In this document: in pieces, positions 62,127 through 64,000 of the stretch
Layout of the letters: each line of letters starts with the position of its first letter
How positions within the stretch are numbered: position 1 is the stretch's first letter
Assembly: GCA_963816355.1 (NCBI GenBank)
Contig: CAWFKH010000001.1
Location: forward strand, 590,890-654,889
Source of the DNA: an uncultured Gemmatimonadales bacterium
GTDB lineage: Bacteria > Gemmatimonadota > Gemmatimonadetes > Longimicrobiales > RSA9
DNA: 64,000 nt
Reading direction: 5' to 3'
The notes under the pieces: generated by a model
Databases searched by the model: none
What the model was told of the DNA's origin: nothing
The model's input: only the letters and a program-made list of their open reading frames with translations
Program-made: the position numbers and the translations under genes

Positions 62127-62656
62127 GCACGAGAGCGTGGACCGAGATGGAGTCGCCGATCGGCAACCTCACGCTGGTGGCGGAGGACGACGCCGTCGTC
62201 GTCATCGCGCTCCCGCCCGCGCCGCCGCGCGTCACGGCCGACGCCGTGCGCGACGATCGCGACGCGACGCTGCGCGAGGCGCGTCGCCAGCTCGACGCCT
62301 ACTTCGCGGGCAATCTGCGCGACTTCTCGCTGCCGCTGCGGCCGTCCGGCACGGCGTTCCAGCGGCGCGTGTGGAGCGCGCTGGAGCGCATCCCCTACGG
62401 CGCGACGGCGTCGTACGGCGACATCGCGGCCGCGATCGGCGCGCCCGGCGCCGCCCGCGCGGTGGGCGCCGCGAACGGCGCGAACCCGCTGCCGATCGTG
62501 GTTCCGTGCCATCGGGTCATCGGAAGCGACGGCTCCCTGACCGGCTACGGCGGCGGGCTGGAGAGGAAGCTCAGTCTGCTGGAGCTGGAGCGCGGCGGAC
62601 GAGCACGTTCACGGATCCCCCCGACGAGCGGCTCCGACATCCCCGATCCCGCGTAG
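62123..62656 (+). CDS. ogt: Methylated-DNA--protein-cysteine methyltransferase
   Basis: GTAFQRRVW, ARAVGAANG.NP, VPCHRVIG, GYGGG; GAGGAGG RBS. Confidence 0.95.
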   Translation: MSTRAWTEMESPIGNLTLVAEDDAVVVIALPPAPPRVTADAVRDDRDATLREARRQLDAYFAGNLRDFSLPLRPSGTAFQRRVWSALERIPYGATASYGDIAAAIGAPGAARAVGAANGANPLPIVVPCHRVIGSDGSLTGYGGGLERKLSLLELERGGRARSRIPPTSGSDIPDPA

Positions 62657-62792
62657 CGGAGCGCGGCGATCGGTCCGGGCGGCGATCGGTCCGGGGGGCG
62701 ATCGGTCTGCGGAACGGAAGCACTCGCCCGCGGATTGCCAGGGTGCGCCCGGGTCCGGGCCGCGGTGCTCTCTCTGGCAAAAGGAGGTCACG

Positions 62793-63203
62793 ATGGCATG
62801 GCTCTACCTCGTCGGCCGCATCCTGTTCGCCCTCATCTTCATCGGTTCGGGTGGCTTCGGCCACCTCGGCCAACTGAGCGGCACGGCGGAGTACGCGAGC
62901 GCGAAGGGCGTTCCCGCGTCCCGAGCGCTCGTGCTCCTGACCGGCATCATGCTCCTCGCCGGCGGCCTCAGCGTCGCGCTCGGCTTCTGGATGGAGATCG
63001 GCACCTGGCTGCTCGTCGTCTTCCTGCTGGTCGCCGCCTTCGCGATCCATGACTTCTGGTCCGTGTCGGATCCGCTGCAGCGGCAGACCGAGCAGGCGCA
63101 GTTCATGAAGAACCTGTCGATGGCGGGTGCGGCGGTGATCCTCTACTGGTTCGTGCGGAACTGCGGCTACGGTCCGCTCACGCTCGGCACTCCAATGCGC
63201 TAG
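62793..63203 (+). CDS. DoxX family membrane protein
   Basis: GRILFALIFI.SG..H, HDFW, FMKNL; AAGGAGGT RBS. Confidence 0.9.
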   Translation: MAWLYLVGRILFALIFIGSGGFGHLGQLSGTAEYASAKGVPASRALVLLTGIMLLAGGLSVALGFWMEIGTWLLVVFLLVAAFAIHDFWSVSDPLQRQTEQAQFMKNLSMAGAAVILYWFVRNCGYGPLTLGTPMR

Positions 63204-63240
63204 CCGGACCGCCGCACCGCGCGCCGGGTAGACGCTCGAC

Positions 63241-64000
63241 ATGGCCGCCTCGCTGGAATCCCGGATCAGGACGATCGCGCGCGAGATCGGCTTCTCCGAC
63301 GTCGGCATCACCGACCTCCGCCCCAGCGAGCACGCCGCCTTCTACCTCGCGTGGCTCGCGGCCGGGCGACACGGCGAGATGGCGTACCTCGAACGCGAGG
63401 ACGCAGTGCGACGGCGGCTGCGCCCGGACGTCGAGCTCGCCGGGCTGAAGAGCGCCGTCGTGGTCGCGGACGACTACGGCGGAATCGCTGACGCCGGCGG
63501 CGGGATCGCGGATCCGTCTTCCGGCGTCATCGCCCGCTACGCGCGGGGACGCGACTACCACCGCGTGCTGAAGCGGAAGCTGCTGCGGCTGCTGCGGGCG
63601 ATCGAGGCGGAGGTGGGGCGGGAGCTGCCCGCCGCCCGCGCGTACGTCGACACCGGCCCCGTGCTGGAGCGCGAGCTGGCGCGCCGCGCCGGACTCGGCT
63701 GGTTCGGCCGCAACACGATGCTGATCCACCCCCGGCGCGGCTCCTACTTCTTCCTCGGCTCGCTGCTGCTCGAGCTGGAGCTGGAGCCGGACGCGCCGTT
63801 CGAGGCCGACCGGTGCGGCACGTGCTCGGCGTGCCTCGAGGCGTGCCCCACCGGCGCGCTGCTCGGTCGCGACGACGCCGGCGCCCCCGTCATCGACGCC
63901 ACCCGCTGCATCTCCTACCTCACGATCGAGAACCGCGGGCCGATCCCCGAAGCGCTGCGGCCGGCGATCGGCAACCGGGTGTTCGGCTGCGACATCTGCC
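63241..64000 (+). CDS. queG: Epoxyqueuosine reductase (3'-truncated by window edge)
   Basis: HGEMAYL, ARYARGRDYH, VDTGPVLER, CGTCSACLEACPTGA, RCISYLTIE, FGCDIC. Confidence 0.95.
   Translation, partial: MAASLESRIRTIAREIGFSDVGITDLRPSEHAAFYLAWLAAGRHGEMAYLEREDAVRRRLRPDVELAGLKSAVVVADDYGGIADAGGGIADPSSGVIARYARGRDYHRVLKRKLLRLLRAIEAEVGRELPAARAYVDTGPVLERELARRAGLGWFGRNTMLIHPRRGSYFFLGSLLLELELEPDAPFEADRCGTCSACLEACPTGALLGRDDAGAPVIDATRCISYLTIENRGPIPEALRPAIGNRVFGCDIC

Noticed and set aside
62663..62710. 16-bp tandem repeat x3 (GCGGCGATCGGTCCGG) upstream of doxX
   Set aside because: No spacers and no functional clue; looks like the slippage repeats common in this window

Overview
High-GC bacterial chromosomal window; gene content and style suggest Gemmatimonadota (inference). 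It holds about 60 CDS and no rRNA, tRNA or CRISPR array that I can support. Housekeeping and accessory genes include ftsH, queE, queG, mqnD, a YbhGFSR-like efflux operon, a CDF transporter and ada-alkA/ogt. Main points of interest: (1) a PaaX-headed operon for a class I benzoyl-CoA reductase pathway (oah-dch-bcrCBAD-had) that runs directly into a hemerythrin and cytochrome bd (cydAB), suggesting O2 protection of ring reduction; (2) a lower-GC island behind IS remnants encoding a beta-propeller lipoprotein, a CxxC redoxin-like lipoprotein, a small secreted C-x4-C-x4-CC peptide and a barrel-less TonB-plug protein; (3) a candidate sigma54 operon with a four-CxxC zinc-finger protein and two tandem Ku genes; (4) a UxxC peroxiredoxin-like selenoprotein with a SECIS-like hairpin, divergent from an octaheme HAO-like cytochrome; (5) long intergenic inverted repeats, operator palindromes overlapping start codons and several leaderless-type promoters. 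Several frameshifts (about 34660 and 59040-61100) look like assembly errors. Family calls come from motif recognition only; no searches were run.
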